A stretch of DNA of 64,000 nt from Candidatus Nomurabacteria bacterium (GCA_031425235.1 JANPIZ010000004.1:62-64061); one strand, 5' to 3'. Positions 28,887 through 39,470 are shown, numbered from the stretch's first letter. Program-made: numbers and translations. The notes: generated by a model not told the origin, from the sequence alone.

Positions 28887-29471
28887 ATGCCATTAGAAAA
28901 GTTGTATCAAAAGAATGGAAGCAATAGTTTACACTCTGTAGAAACAAAGCAGGCCTTTATTGATTATTTAATAAATAATCATAACATAGATTTTGAATTG
29001 CCAAATTATAAAATTCCAACACTAGAAGAACTAGATTTTAGCTTAGTAAACAATGACGCAACTATCCGTATGTTTACAGACAATTTAATTACTTTTCTCA
29101 AAGCACCAAAAATTAACTATATGAATGTTAAAAATCATGAAGAACGTAGAGATTTAAGAGATAAGCTCTCTCAAATAAATCCTGAATATAGCAGCCAAGT
29201 GCTGACCAACGATAAAATGAAACTTAATAAATTTTCTGCATTTCCTATGTTTATAAAAATGATTCTAGAAAAGAATGCTCTCTCGAACAATATTAAAATG
29301 AAGACTATTTTAGAAAAATTCCCAAGTCTAGAAGACATGATTCAGTACTCACAAAAAAATAACACAGAAAAGAAATTCATTATTGCAGAAATTGAAAACT
29401 CTGGGCTAGAATTTATTGATTTGTTTCGCAAAAAAGAAAAAACTACAGCTGCCATGTCTAATAATAACTAA
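28887..29471 (+). CDS. Hypothetical protein
   Basis: 194-aa ORF, no recognised motif. Confidence 0.6.
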   Translation: MPLEKLYQKNGSNSLHSVETKQAFIDYLINNHNIDFELPNYKIPTLEELDFSLVNNDATIRMFTDNLITFLKAPKINYMNVKNHEERRDLRDKLSQINPEYSSQVLTNDKMKLNKFSAFPMFIKMILEKNALSNNIKMKTILEKFPSLEDMIQYSQKNNTEKKFIIAEIENSGLEFIDLFRKKEKTTAAMSNNN

Positions 29472-29553
29472 CAAAAACTCTCTGCCTATATGTATATTGA
29501 CTTCCAACTCTAAATAAGCTATATTTTAGTAGTTACATACATACATATATCCT

Positions 29554-30081
29554 TTGCGTGAAAGAATAAACAACCAAATACGAGCCTCAGAACTGCGGGT
29601 TTTAGACAGCGAAAATAAAAACATTGGTGTTTTAAGCATAAGAGACGCACTCGAAATGGCGCAAGAGAAAGGCTTGGATTTGATTGAAATCGGCCCTACC
29701 TCAAATCCCCCAATCGCGAAGATAATGGATTTTGGTAAATATAAGTATGAGGCAAGTAAAAAATTAAAGAAACAAAGAAGTACAGCGAAAACAACCGAAA
29801 CCAAGCTTGTTCAAATAAAAATAGGTACTGGTGACCATGATCTTGAGCTCAAAGCCAAAACTGTTTCAAAATGGCTCAAAGAGGGGCATAGAATCAAGAT
29901 AGAACTTTTCTTGGCTGGGCGCGCAAAGTATATGGACGAGAAATTCTTAAAAGAACGCCTCGACCGAATATTACATCTCATTACTGAAGATTATAAAATC
30001 GCCGAAGCGTACAAAAAAGGTCCAAAAGGATTAACCACCACAATAGAAAAAGCCACCGCCAGGACGGGGCAAGCAAAATAA
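29554..30081 (+). CDS. infC: Translation initiation factor IF-3 (non-AUG start: TTG 29554 or in-frame ATA 29545)
   Basis: RINNQIRA..LDLIEI..PPIAKIMDFGKYKYE; precedes rpmI-rplT. Confidence 0.95.
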   Translation: MRERINNQIRASELRVLDSENKNIGVLSIRDALEMAQEKGLDLIEIGPTSNPPIAKIMDFGKYKYEASKKLKKQRSTAKTTETKLVQIKIGTGDHDLELKAKTVSKWLKEGHRIKIELFLAGRAKYMDEKFLKERLDRILHLITEDYKIAEAYKKGPKGLTTTIEKATARTGQAK

Positions 30082-30093
30082 TAAAACAATTTT

Positions 30094-30288
30094 ATGAAAG
30101 GAATGAAAACAAACAAATCATACAGCAAACGATTAAAACTTACTAAAAAAGGTAAGGTAATAGCTCGAAAGCCTGGATTCAACCATTTCAACGCAAAACA
30201 ATCACGAACTACGCAGCTTGGTGGTAAGAAGAGACAAAATTTCGTAATTAAAAATAAACCAAAGAGTCACTTGTTGCCATTTGCATAG
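30094..30288 (+). CDS. rpmI: 50S ribosomal protein L35
   Basis: MKTNKSYSKRLKLTKKGK; synteny. Confidence 0.92.
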   Translation: MKGMKTNKSYSKRLKLTKKGKVIARKPGFNHFNAKQSRTTQLGGKKRQNFVIKNKPKSHLLPFA

Positions 30289-30309
30289 GCTGACTGATAA
30301 CTAAATTTT

Positions 30310-30654
30310 ATGACAAGAGTAAAAAAAGGAGTACACGCATTAAAAAGGAGAAGGAGTGTTCTGAAGCAAACTAAAGGTATGCGCCATGGTCGCAGCACCA
30401 AAGAGCGTCAAGCAAAAGAAGCATTGTTGCATGCTGGTAACTACGCTTTCGCTCACCGAAAAGACAAAAAGTCTCATAATCGAAAACTTTGGAATATAAA
30501 GATTAATGCAGGAGCACGAGAGCTCGGGATGTCATATTCAAAATTGATCGCTGCACTCAAGAAGAAAAACATCGAACTCGATCGAAAAATACTTTCTGAC
30601 TTTGCTGAAAACCACCCAAACACATTTGCCAAAGTCCTCGAAGCAGTAAAATAA
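30310..30654 (+). CDS. rplT: 50S ribosomal protein L20
   Basis: MTRVKKG..LWNIKINA..LDRKILS. Confidence 0.96.
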   Translation: MTRVKKGVHALKRRRSVLKQTKGMRHGRSTKERQAKEALLHAGNYAFAHRKDKKSHNRKLWNIKINAGARELGMSYSKLIAALKKKNIELDRKILSDFAENHPNTFAKVLEAVK

Positions 30655-30682
30655 AAAAACTCCCCGATCGGGGAGTTTTTTT
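30653..30682. terminator. Bidirectional terminator
   Basis: A tract-CTCCCC-GATC-GGGGAG-T tract between convergent genes. Confidence 0.85.
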
Positions 30683-31292
30683 ATTTTATATCTGTTTTTG
30701 AGGCAATCTCAGCTTTGTCTTTTTTAACAAGCGCAATAATGTCAGCTACGAGTTTTTTAGGATCATCACTTTGTACAATTTTTGAGTTTGGGCGGTTGCC
30801 CTTGGCTACGATATCCACGAGCTGGGCACCCATCTCCCACGGCCCCTCAAATATGCCTATCGGCTTACCATCTTCAAATGCAATAGTGAACTCATGAATA
30901 GTTCCTACGCGCCCACAACCACATATCACAGCGTCGCTCGAACGAGTGAGTAATAAGTCGCGTCCTGGATAACCAAATCCTGTGTAGACTATCAAATCCA
31001 TATAGTCGAGCGGGAGCTTGTATACTTCCACATGTTCTTTTTCAGATGACCCTGGAGACATACCAATTGAAATACCACCCACTTCTTTTGCACCCATCGC
31101 TGCCCACAGCGGAAACCCTGTCGTTGCTCCAGTGACAAGTACTGCACCCTGGCGAGCTATTTCTCGTCCGAGTTCTTTTGCTTTATCAAGTGCATCTACG
31201 CCACAGTGACCTGTTTCTGCTGCACCAGAGACACAAATTTTAATTTGATTGTGTCCGTGTTTATTTAATGAGTCTAATGTTTGAATATCCAT
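30681..31292 (-). CDS. LOG/SLOG-family protein
   Basis: VLVTGATTG, GRVGTIHEF..KPIG. Confidence 0.8.
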   Translation of the reverse strand: MDIQTLDSLNKHGHNQIKICVSGAAETGHCGVDALDKAKELGREIARQGAVLVTGATTGFPLWAAMGAKEVGGISIGMSPGSSEKEHVEVYKLPLDYMDLIVYTGFGYPGRDLLLTRSSDAVICGCGRVGTIHEFTIAFEDGKPIGIFEGPWEMGAQLVDIVAKGNRPNSKIVQSDDPKKLVADIIALVKKDKAEIASKTDIK

Positions 31293-31323
31293 GATTGTTA
31301 TTATACACGAAAACTAAAAATTT

Positions 31324-32688
31324 TTAACAAGGAAGCACCACACTTGTTCCCTGTTCCGGGGCATACGCATCGATAGCTAAGTTGTCACGAAGTTTTTGCA
31401 CTAAAAACATTGACGACTTTGGTTCGCCCATGACGACGAAAACTTTTTTTACTGATTCTTGCATGTCAGAAACGAATTCTAATAGTCCATCTGAATCCTT
31501 GTGCCCAGAATATCCAAATATAGTGACCACGTGTGCTTTGACTATGACATCCTCACCCGAGATGCGGACTGTTTTTACTCCCTCTTGGATAAGTCGCCCA
31601 GGGCTCCCTACGGCCTGATATCCAGCGAGTAGAAGTGTATTGTTTGGATCCGGCAAGTAATGACGCTCGTGATGCACCACCCTACCGCCTGTAGACATAC
31701 CACTCCCCGCTATCACTATTTTTGGATTTGGTACGTTTCTAATCATGCGTGATTCTTCGGATTTTAAAGTACTGTGGAGCCCAGGAAAATCAAACAGGTA
31801 TTTATCGTGTGACATCGACTTTTGGGCCGCTTCGTTAAAATAACTTCGATACTGCTTAAATACTTCAGTGAGCCGTATCGCGAGTGGCGAATCGAGGAAT
31901 ATAGGCATCACTGGGATACGCTTACCTTCTACAAGTGCATCGAGCTCGAATAACAGCTCTTGAGACCTCTCCAGCGAAAATGTAGGGATAATGAGTGTTC
32001 CCTTTCGTTTATAATTATCTTCAATAGTTTCTTCTAAAAATTTACGGCGATCATTTCGTGATTCATGGTTCCTGTCACCGTACACCGACTCCATGACGAG
32101 ATAGTCGACGCCAGGAACTTTTTCAGTATCGGGCAAAATAGGTGAAGGACTGTTGCCGAGGTCACCAGTAAAAAGAATTTTCTTGCCGTTATACTCAAAT
32201 AACACCATAGCTGAACCTAAAATATGCCCTGCGTTCCAGAACGACACCTCAACGTTTGGGGTGAGTTGAATTTTTTGATGATATTCAAAACCTTCCCACA
32301 ATGTCATTGCAAGTCGTGTGTTTTCTTCAGTGTATATTTTATCCAGCCCAAGGTCTGTATTTTTAGATAAAATACCTGATGTGTCTTCAATCATGGGCAG
32401 AGCTAATGCATGGGTTGGTTTGGTAGAATAAATTTTGCCTCGAAAACCTTCATAGATAAGTTTAGGTATTCGACCCACATGGTCGACATGAGCATGAGTC
32501 ACAAATAAAATATCTATTTCTTTTGGATTGTACGGAAAAACTTCCCAATTGATATCATCGGCTAATTTGAGCCCTTGGGTAAGACCACAATCAACGAGAA
32601 CTTTCTTACCGTCAATTTCTAAAAGAAAATTGGCCCCCGTGACTGAGCCTGTGCCTCCATGAAATGTAATTTTGGCTGTTTTTTCCAT
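31324..32688 (-). CDS. MBL-fold beta-CASP ribonuclease
   Basis: THAHVDHVG, AGHILGS, FTGDLG, MESVYG, YSGH; start moved to MEKTAK. Confidence 0.9.
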   Translation of the reverse strand: MEKTAKITFHGGTGSVTGANFLLEIDGKKVLVDCGLTQGLKLADDINWEVFPYNPKEIDILFVTHAHVDHVGRIPKLIYEGFRGKIYSTKPTHALALPMIEDTSGILSKNTDLGLDKIYTEENTRLAMTLWEGFEYHQKIQLTPNVEVSFWNAGHILGSAMVLFEYNGKKILFTGDLGNSPSPILPDTEKVPGVDYLVMESVYGDRNHESRNDRRKFLEETIEDNYKRKGTLIIPTFSLERSQELLFELDALVEGKRIPVMPIFLDSPLAIRLTEVFKQYRSYFNEAAQKSMSHDKYLFDFPGLHSTLKSEESRMIRNVPNPKIVIAGSGMSTGGRVVHHERHYLPDPNNTLLLAGYQAVGSPGRLIQEGVKTVRISGEDVIVKAHVVTIFGYSGHKDSDGLLEFVSDMQESVKKVFVVMGEPKSSMFLVQKLRDNLAIDAYAPEQGTSVVLPC

Positions 32689-32720
32689 TAGGATAATTGT
32701 ACCCTGTAGTGAAACTTTTA

Positions 32721-33140
32721 TCAAAGTTCTACTACGGGGTGTACCTTATCTTCCTGTGTAAATACAATTCTTTTTAAATAGTAGAGAATAGCGAGAACAC
32801 TCCCCGTAAGATCAAAAAATATGTCAGAAGTCGTATCAAGCCCATTAAAAGCATTTTGCGCAAAAGCACCGTTGACTATGACTTCATAAAACTCCCAGAT
32901 CATACCAACACAAAATACCCATATTAAAATTTTAACTACTGAAGTTACAGAAACATGAGCATTTTTTGGCGGAAATACGTAGGTTGCAGCTAGCCCAAGC
33001 CAAAATCCACCCAGAGTGTGCATAATCATATCAAAATACCAAATAGACGAATACCAGTAAAATTTATTTCCCAAGAAATTTATAATACAAATAAAAAATA
33101 TGAGAACAATGAGGTTTTTTATAAGCTTTTTGCTGTTCAT
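32721..33140 (-). CDS. Membrane protein
   Basis: FDMIMHTLGG..WEFYE..DTTSD hydrophobic family. Confidence 0.75.
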   Translation of the reverse strand: MNSKKLIKNLIVLIFFICIINFLGNKFYWYSSIWYFDMIMHTLGGFWLGLAATYVFPPKNAHVSVTSVVKILIWVFCVGMIWEFYEVIVNGAFAQNAFNGLDTTSDIFFDLTGSVLAILYYLKRIVFTQEDKVHPVVEL

Positions 33141-33171
33141 TGCTACATCGTATCACAAAATAAACCAAAGA

Positions 33172-33210
33172 AAAAGAAAAATCCCTGCACTATGGGTATA
33201 GTGCAGGGAT
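33172..33210 (-). terminator. Intrinsic terminator of the 6S-like RNA
   Basis: ATCCCTGCACTAT..ATAGTGCAGGGAT followed by a T tract on -. Confidence 0.8.
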
Positions 33211-33217
33211 ACTTCTT

Positions 33218-33341
33218 AGGACTATCTCAGATATATTACCATAGCTATTAAGCTAAGTGGGTGACAGATGTATTAGACCAAAGTCTAACCCAATCGAGTC
33301 TCCCATAAATTGTTGTCTAGGTAATAACCGGAAATAACCCT
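33218..33341 (-). ncRNA. 6S-like RNA candidate (~124 nt)
   Basis: Own promoter (TTGCGA-16-TATAAT, TG extension) and terminator; rod-like fold with a central unpaired bubble. Confidence 0.6.
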
Positions 33342-33429
33342 ACTACAATTATATCACTCTCTAAAATTCTCGCAATAATTTTTTCAAAAAAACACACATT
33401 TAAAATAAAAACAACGTTGACAAAAAATA

Positions 33430-34023
33430 TTAGCTTGTATATTTTTGCATCTTCTCTTTAAAATCGTGAACTGACGCATAAATTTCGGCATGAATACCAA
33501 AATCTTTGGCGGCTTCTATATTTTCAGCTTTATCATCCCAAAATAATATTTCTTCTTTCTTTATATTTTCGAAATTTTTAAAAATTTCTGCAAAGAAATC
33601 CTGGCTTGGTTTTTTATATCCTAAATTAAATGAAGCAAATGCTTTATCAAAAACACTATTCAACCCCATTTTCTCAAGCATATATGCTACACGATATTTT
33701 TCTTGATTAGTTGCTAAATAACAATTAACCCCTTTTTCTTTTAAATCTTTTATAGAATCAAACAATTCTTGATTTATTGTATATTCTCGCTCAAACCACA
33801 AGTTCAGAAACGTATCTACACCCTTATGCCAACCCCAACCTTCTAGATAAGGCGATACGGCTTTCTTTAGATCTGCTTTCCCTACGATGCAGTCTTGAAA
33901 TGATCCTGTAAAAAATTCTTTGGTCGTTTTTAAGCTAATACCAAAATCACGAGCAAGGGCTACGCTAAATCTTTCTTGATTTATTAAAACATCATCAGCG
34001 TCTATTAAAAGTACTTTAATCAT
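33430..34023 (-). CDS. HAD-family hydrolase
   Basis: DADDVL, ATNQ, KKP, WDD. Confidence 0.88.
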   Translation of the reverse strand: MIKVLLIDADDVLINQERFSVALARDFGISLKTTKEFFTGSFQDCIVGKADLKKAVSPYLEGWGWHKGVDTFLNLWFEREYTINQELFDSIKDLKEKGVNCYLATNQEKYRVAYMLEKMGLNSVFDKAFASFNLGYKKPSQDFFAEIFKNFENIKKEEILFWDDKAENIEAAKDFGIHAEIYASVHDFKEKMQKYTS

Positions 34024-34574
34024 AAATTATGTATTTTTATATTGTGGACCATAATATCATACTTGCCATCAACAATATGGTCCTCTTTTCCGACACCTAG
34101 AGTTTCTAAAAAACCGAATAATTCGTTTTGCATATTTTTCCTTTCTTCGCTATCCTCAGTTGTGACTATTTTTTCTGCCTCTATAAATTCACCTAGTTCT
34201 TTTACATCGTCGAGCACGATTTCCATATCTTTATAATTTGTCTTGATTCTTTTTTTATCTACCACAGATACCTCTTCCCAGCCTGTTAAGTTTAGTATTT
34301 CAATCATTTTGTCTCCTTGAGTAATTTCTAATTCTTTTTCTATCGAATCGGTACGGCTACTTTGAGAGATTTTTAAGGTAAATAAAAATATATCATTCTG
34401 TTTCCGGACTCGAAGTACCGGAACTTTAAATGGTGGCGGAAAGTCTGTACCTTTGGGTAAAAATATATGATCAACCTGATGCAATTGTTCACCAAATATA
34501 CACCCTAAACTTTCAAGTTTTTTCTTGATCTCTTCTCTATTTTTTAATTTAGCTTTTACTTCAACTTCATACAT
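34020..34574 (-). CDS. CYTH-domain protein (class IV adenylate cyclase-like)
   Basis: EVEVK, LRVR, FIEAE; start moved to MYEVEVK. Confidence 0.85.
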   Translation of the reverse strand: MYEVEVKAKLKNREEIKKKLESLGCIFGEQLHQVDHIFLPKGTDFPPPFKVPVLRVRKQNDIFLFTLKISQSSRTDSIEKELEITQGDKMIEILNLTGWEEVSVVDKKRIKTNYKDMEIVLDDVKELGEFIEAEKIVTTEDSEERKNMQNELFGFLETLGVGKEDHIVDGKYDIMVHNIKIHNL

Positions 34575-34591
34575 AAAATTATAGTAACACA

Positions 34592-34615
34592 AAAGCCCCC
34601 TTTTGGGGGCTTTTT
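34592..34615 (-). terminator. Terminator after ndk
   Basis: AAGCCCCC-TTTT-GGGGGCTT hairpin flanked by A/T tracts. Confidence 0.75.
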
Positions 34616-34622
34616 AATTTCT

Positions 34623-35207
34623 TTATTCGTCTACTCCGAAACGCTTATAGTCAGTGATTTTTATATCCCCAAACCAGTGCTTGATTTCATGTTCTGCCTC
34701 TTCTGGAGTTTCTGAACAGTGAACGATGTTCATAACTGCACGCTTTTCCATATTTGCGAGAGCTGGGCTGTCGATCGAGTAATCCCCTCGAATCGTACCC
34801 ATATCAGCTTTGTAAGGCATTGTGTCACCAGCAATCTTGCGAACGACGTCTACAGAATGCACACCTTTGACAACCATTTTTACAAGCGGTGCTGAAGTCA
34901 TGTAGTCAATAAGCCACTTACGGATTTCTGGACCTATCTTTGCTGTATCTGTAGTGCCAAAGTCAGCCATTGCGTCGTATCCATATTTTTCATAAGTCGT
35001 CATAGTCTTTTGACCAAGGCGATTGATCCATTCTTCACTTTTTGGATAGTGATCATTTACCTTATCAAATTCTGGGTTAAACATTTCGAGAGCTACGATC
35101 TTCAAATCTCGTTGTTCAAAACGCTTGATAACTTCACCGATGAGTCCCTTGCGGACTCCATCTGGCTTCATCATGACATATGTAAGTTCTTCTTTTGGAT
35201 GTTTCAT
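34623..35207 (-). CDS. ndk: Nucleoside diphosphate kinase
   Basis: KPDGV, GTIRGDY, NIVHCS. Confidence 0.93.
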   Translation of the reverse strand: MKHPKEELTYVMMKPDGVRKGLIGEVIKRFEQRDLKIVALEMFNPEFDKVNDHYPKSEEWINRLGQKTMTTYEKYGYDAMADFGTTDTAKIGPEIRKWLIDYMTSAPLVKMVVKGVHSVDVVRKIAGDTMPYKADMGTIRGDYSIDSPALANMEKRAVMNIVHCSETPEEAEHEIKHWFGDIKITDYKRFGVDE

Positions 35208-35316
35208 ATTTATATAAAAAATCTGCCAGAGGCAGACAAGGCTTTCGCCAAAATAGTAATACCCTTATGTTAGCAGAAAAAAGTTATTTTGTAAAATACA
35301 ACAAATTTAAGAGTAT

Positions 35317-35712
35317 TTAGTGCACAATAAGCCAGAAGATAAACACAACGCTACATATGTGCCATAGCGTGTGAGTCAGTGTATATATAAAAATATTGTG
35401 CTTTTGGAAAGAATGAAAAGATATATACCAAATTGATAATAAAGCTAGAGAAGCAATAAAAACTACCCACGAAAATTCATAATTTATCGTAAGTGCTAAT
35501 ATAATCACCACAGAAGCGGACCAGTCAAGAATTCTAAATAACTGATTTTTGGGATACGAATGATGGAAAAAAGCACTTATGCCGATGAGAAAAAACACTA
35601 CTCCAAAGAACAAGCTATGTTGGTTTATAAACAAAAAAATTCCTAAGATGGAATATAGGAAAGAAGAGAGTGTGACAAATAAATTTTCTGAATCTTGATG
35701 GAGCTTCAGCAT
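35317..35712 (-). CDS. Membrane protein with His motifs (CREST-like)
   Basis: SAFFHH..D..HTLWH pattern in TM helices. Confidence 0.6.
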   Translation of the reverse strand: MLKLHQDSENLFVTLSSFLYSILGIFLFINQHSLFFGVVFFLIGISAFFHHSYPKNQLFRILDWSASVVIILALTINYEFSWVVFIASLALLSIWYISFHSFQKHNIFIYTLTHTLWHICSVVFIFWLIVH

Positions 35713-35721
35713 ATATAAAAT

Positions 35722-36297
35722 CTATATTTTAACAAAACCTTCAAATGTTATTGAAGAATATTCCTTCAAGTTAATGCCATATTTCTTATACACTTGATTC
35801 ACCGAACATATTATTCCTTTGTCTGCATCAAAACCAAGCTCGCTTGCGGCACTTTTTGCTTTTTCGAGCGAAGTGGATTCAACTTCAATATATGCTGGAA
35901 GCTGAGGCCAAAAATCAATATCGAAAACTGCCTCTCCTTTTGTATACCTTATTCTGTTATTTTTTGCTTCGTGTTTTAATATAAAGCCTGTCGACTTTAT
36001 AATTTCGCATGTTTTTTCAAAATCACTGACCACCACTTCAATTTCTTTCATCCCGTCATCAGGAATACTTGTATCGTTTGATTTTACACCTAGCCTTTCT
36101 TTGTAAGTTAAAGTGGTTTCTTTTCCATCAGTTCGCACCTGCAGCCATTTGTGCTTATCGTCCAATCTAAAATCTGGATAATCAAAAGTTCGTCGAATAT
36201 AATTATATTCTCCTGTTTTTGTCGCTCCGATTTCGATTAGTTTTTTCTCGAGAGCTTGCACATCAACTTCTAAAAATTTTATTTCGTATTCTTCCAT
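35722..36297 (-). CDS. CYTH-domain protein
   Basis: EYEIK, LTYKE, YIEVE. Confidence 0.85.
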   Translation of the reverse strand: MEEYEIKFLEVDVQALEKKLIEIGATKTGEYNYIRRTFDYPDFRLDDKHKWLQVRTDGKETTLTYKERLGVKSNDTSIPDDGMKEIEVVVSDFEKTCEIIKSTGFILKHEAKNNRIRYTKGEAVFDIDFWPQLPAYIEVESTSLEKAKSAASELGFDADKGIICSVNQVYKKYGINLKEYSSITFEGFVKI

Positions 36298-36650
36298 AAT
36301 TTTTTGTTTTTAGTCAGCCAATTTTTACCTTCAGGCGTTATGGTGAAATAGGTATCTTTTGTATATTCAGTAAATGTTTCTAAGCTAGAATCTTCAACTG
36401 TTTCGAGTCCACTTATTCGAATAAGTTTTTCTTCTAATAGCATTTTAATAGAATCGTACATATCTTGCTTTTCTTGTGGTTGCCTTCCACCTTCAATCCC
36501 TAAATTATATCTTATCTCGGAAAGCATGAGCTCGTTTTTTTCAGCTAAAAGATTAAGAATAGTATTCTTATAAGTTTCCAAGGATTTTTTTACATCCTCG
36601 GTTTTTCTTTCAGGTGGTATGTATTTATTAAAGCGTATTGATTCTGGCAT
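36279..36650 (-). CDS. Hypothetical protein (possible winged helix)
   Basis: 123-aa ORF ending YFTITPEGKNWL. Confidence 0.6.
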   Translation of the reverse strand: MPESIRFNKYIPPERKTEDVKKSLETYKNTILNLLAEKNELMLSEIRYNLGIEGGRQPQEKQDMYDSIKMLLEEKLIRISGLETVEDSSLETFTEYTKDTYFTITPEGKNWLTKNKKLWKNTK

Positions 36651-36658
36651 AAGTAATT

Positions 36659-39430
36659 TTATTCCATCGTGCTATACCGGCCCATTATTTCCTCTTCCAC
36701 TTCTGCTCGGTCGCGACCAAACTTAATATACGACAATTCTTTCAAATCGTCCACAATGCCCGGGTTACCTGTTTCAGGAGCAATTGTTTTTATATTGAAT
36801 GGCTTTGTTGGTTGACCCTTGATAAGCATGCTCATATAAGCATTAAAATTGTCGAGTTTGGTGATATCTGAAGCCGTGAATTGAGGCTTGAATTTAGGTT
36901 CCAAGAAATTTGCATCTTCGGTTCCGACACGGAACACCGCCATTGAGCCTACGTTTCCAAATACTGCATTTTTTATCTTTTCATCAAGCTGAGTTATATA
37001 TTGATGGGCAATGTTTAATGAAAGGCGATATTTTCGAGCTTCCGACAGGATAGATGAAATAGAGTCAGTAGTAACATTTTGGAACTCATCGATATAAAGA
37101 TAAAAATCATTCATGGGTTTACCGAACATGTCCACTCGCGAAAGCGCCGCCATCTGTATCTTCCCCACAAGAACCAGACCAATCAGGTTTGCATTGATGT
37201 CACCGAGACGACCTTTTGAAAGGTTCACGAGAAGTATTTTTTTCTCATCCATTATCTTTCTGAAATTAAATACAGAATTTTGTTGGAGCACGACAGGGCG
37301 CATGATGTCGTTTGAAATAAAGTTGTCGAATTTTGAGGAAATATATGGCACAAAGTTTGCGAGAGATTGGTCGCCGGTTGTCTGTTCGGCGTTTACCCAA
37401 AATTGCTTGATAATCGGATTTTTACATCGTGCAAGTTTCATGTCGCGAAACTCTTTGTCGCCAAGCACACGAGTAATCTCGAGCAATGTCGAGCCAGACT
37501 CCGGGTCTTCCATCACGAGGAATGCACTATTTCGAAAATATTGTTCAAACATCGCTCCACCTCCTACTTTCATATCAAAGAGCTTATTGAAAATTCCCAT
37601 CATTTCGTTGACCACAAATGTTTTCTGTTCAGGATAATTTGGATCATACTCGAGCATGTTGAGCCCCATCGGCCGTGGTGTATATGCAGGATCAAAATAA
37701 ATAACATCATCGATGCGTTCCTTGGGAATACGGGAAAGAATCGTCTGGATATCAGTACCGTGTGGATCGATATAACAACATCCGTCACCATTTTTTATAT
37801 CTTGAGTAATCATGTTAAGTAAAATATTGGTTTTACCAGTACCTGTCTGACCGATAACGTAAAAGTGTCGCATTCTGTCCTCACGAGTCATTTTGACTTC
37901 AGTATCGCGCCCACGGTAGCTATTGATACCTAAAGTGATACCTTCATGCCCCATCTCAATAGGTGCTGGAGCTATTCCTGCTTTTGCCTCTTTGAGCTGC
38001 GGCTGACCTCCGATACCAACTGGGAAATGGAACACAGACGCAAGCTCTTTCAAGTTCATGGGCAATATTTTGTCGGAGGAAAACGATCGGAAAGAGTAGT
38101 CATGGAAAAGCTTTTGCAAGTCTTTACCGTGCATTTGCTCAAAACGAAAAGAATTACTTGCTGCTTCTGAAAATTGATTGAACGAAGATTCTATTTCTTT
38201 TAAAATTGCCTCGGCACGATCCGTGGTATGAGCAGATGCGATCACTCGAATATTTGCTTTCATGACACTGCTCTTGATCTTGTTTGCTATTTTTTCAGCA
38301 GCACCTTCGTCAACTGAGCGTCGACCTCTCATATATTTATCTTTATTTTTTGCTTCAGGGTCTTTTTTATGTTCACCAAAAATAAGGTGCTTGCCAACTT
38401 TCAAAAATGCTTTGTTAAACTTATAAAAATTGTCAGATGCATTTTTTACCGAATACCCATCTTTAACATCGTCCAAAATTTTATGAAACTCGGTGATAAA
38501 TTTGTCCCCAGCTGGAGCCACGACGAGCTGTATCGCCGCACCCTCACCTTCTGTTTGTAATTTTGAAAACACATTGAGTATCGTATTCATCGGATCATGG
38601 TCGATATTGTCATATGTCTTGATCGGCATGACGCCTTTCTCAGTAAAAGAAGCATATGCGCCTACCGCACCGCCACTTTCATTGAATATATTATAGTCAT
38701 CGGTAACTTCATGAACTTTAGCATGATGATAAAAAGCTAATACTTGTTTTTCAAAAAGTATGATGTGTTTGTTAGGCACCCCAGCATATATGACAACTTG
38801 GTCATTTTCATTACTAAGTGCAACTTCGAGAGTGAAATATATTTCAGTTGTATTAAAACGATCAGTCGCTATAGACTGCATCCCAGCATAAAACTGCTCC
38901 ATGGCACCAATGAACTCTTTAAATCCTTTTGACTTATCAGCTTCATCGGTCGGAGGCGGAAGAGTAATTTCAAATAGTGTCATATTGAGAGATTTGTATA
39001 ACGGTGTGCCCTCTTTATAATCACTAATGATCTGACCTATTTTTATGTATTGAACAAGAAGCCGATGAAAATCGTCCTCGATATGAGGGTTGTTCATACC
39101 CTCTACCACGAACAGCGCATTGCGTATGCCTTTGGTAATGACAATACCGAGAAGCTCTTCCATCACTACATCGTGCGCCTCAGGCTTTAGTGCGAGGACA
39201 ATATTTTCTTTGTCTTCGTGTTTGATTCGATTGCTCGAATGAACTACTTTTTCTAAAGGAATATCCCGATAGGCTTCTACAACCTCAGTAATTGCTTTAT
39301 CGGCAGTATGTTCGAAATGCCCTTTTTCAATTAAATCTGCCTCACGTTTCGCTACATGCGCACGTAAATAATCAAGCTCCTCTTCGGGAGTCTTGAACTT
39401 TGGCATTTCCTTAAAAAGGGATGGTTCCAT
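36659..39430 (-). CDS. VirD4/TraD/HerA-like P-loop ATPase
   Basis: RHFYVIGQTGTGKT, IDPHG, YIDEFQN, SEARKY. Confidence 0.88.
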   Translation of the reverse strand: MEPSLFKEMPKFKTPEEELDYLRAHVAKREADLIEKGHFEHTADKAITEVVEAYRDIPLEKVVHSSNRIKHEDKENIVLALKPEAHDVVMEELLGIVITKGIRNALFVVEGMNNPHIEDDFHRLLVQYIKIGQIISDYKEGTPLYKSLNMTLFEITLPPPTDEADKSKGFKEFIGAMEQFYAGMQSIATDRFNTTEIYFTLEVALSNENDQVVIYAGVPNKHIILFEKQVLAFYHHAKVHEVTDDYNIFNESGGAVGAYASFTEKGVMPIKTYDNIDHDPMNTILNVFSKLQTEGEGAAIQLVVAPAGDKFITEFHKILDDVKDGYSVKNASDNFYKFNKAFLKVGKHLIFGEHKKDPEAKNKDKYMRGRRSVDEGAAEKIANKIKSSVMKANIRVIASAHTTDRAEAILKEIESSFNQFSEAASNSFRFEQMHGKDLQKLFHDYSFRSFSSDKILPMNLKELASVFHFPVGIGGQPQLKEAKAGIAPAPIEMGHEGITLGINSYRGRDTEVKMTREDRMRHFYVIGQTGTGKTNILLNMITQDIKNGDGCCYIDPHGTDIQTILSRIPKERIDDVIYFDPAYTPRPMGLNMLEYDPNYPEQKTFVVNEMMGIFNKLFDMKVGGGAMFEQYFRNSAFLVMEDPESGSTLLEITRVLGDKEFRDMKLARCKNPIIKQFWVNAEQTTGDQSLANFVPYISSKFDNFISNDIMRPVVLQQNSVFNFRKIMDEKKILLVNLSKGRLGDINANLIGLVLVGKIQMAALSRVDMFGKPMNDFYLYIDEFQNVTTDSISSILSEARKYRLSLNIAHQYITQLDEKIKNAVFGNVGSMAVFRVGTEDANFLEPKFKPQFTASDITKLDNFNAYMSMLIKGQPTKPFNIKTIAPETGNPGIVDDLKELSYIKFGRDRAEVEEEIMGRYSTME

Positions 39431-39470
39431 TCCTCTAATTATACAATTTTTATGATAAAATATACAAACT

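Noticed and set aside
36659-39430. VirD4-like ATPase as evidence for a conjugative element
   Set aside because: No relaxase, VirB4 or other T4SS genes nearby; it sits among housekeeping genes.
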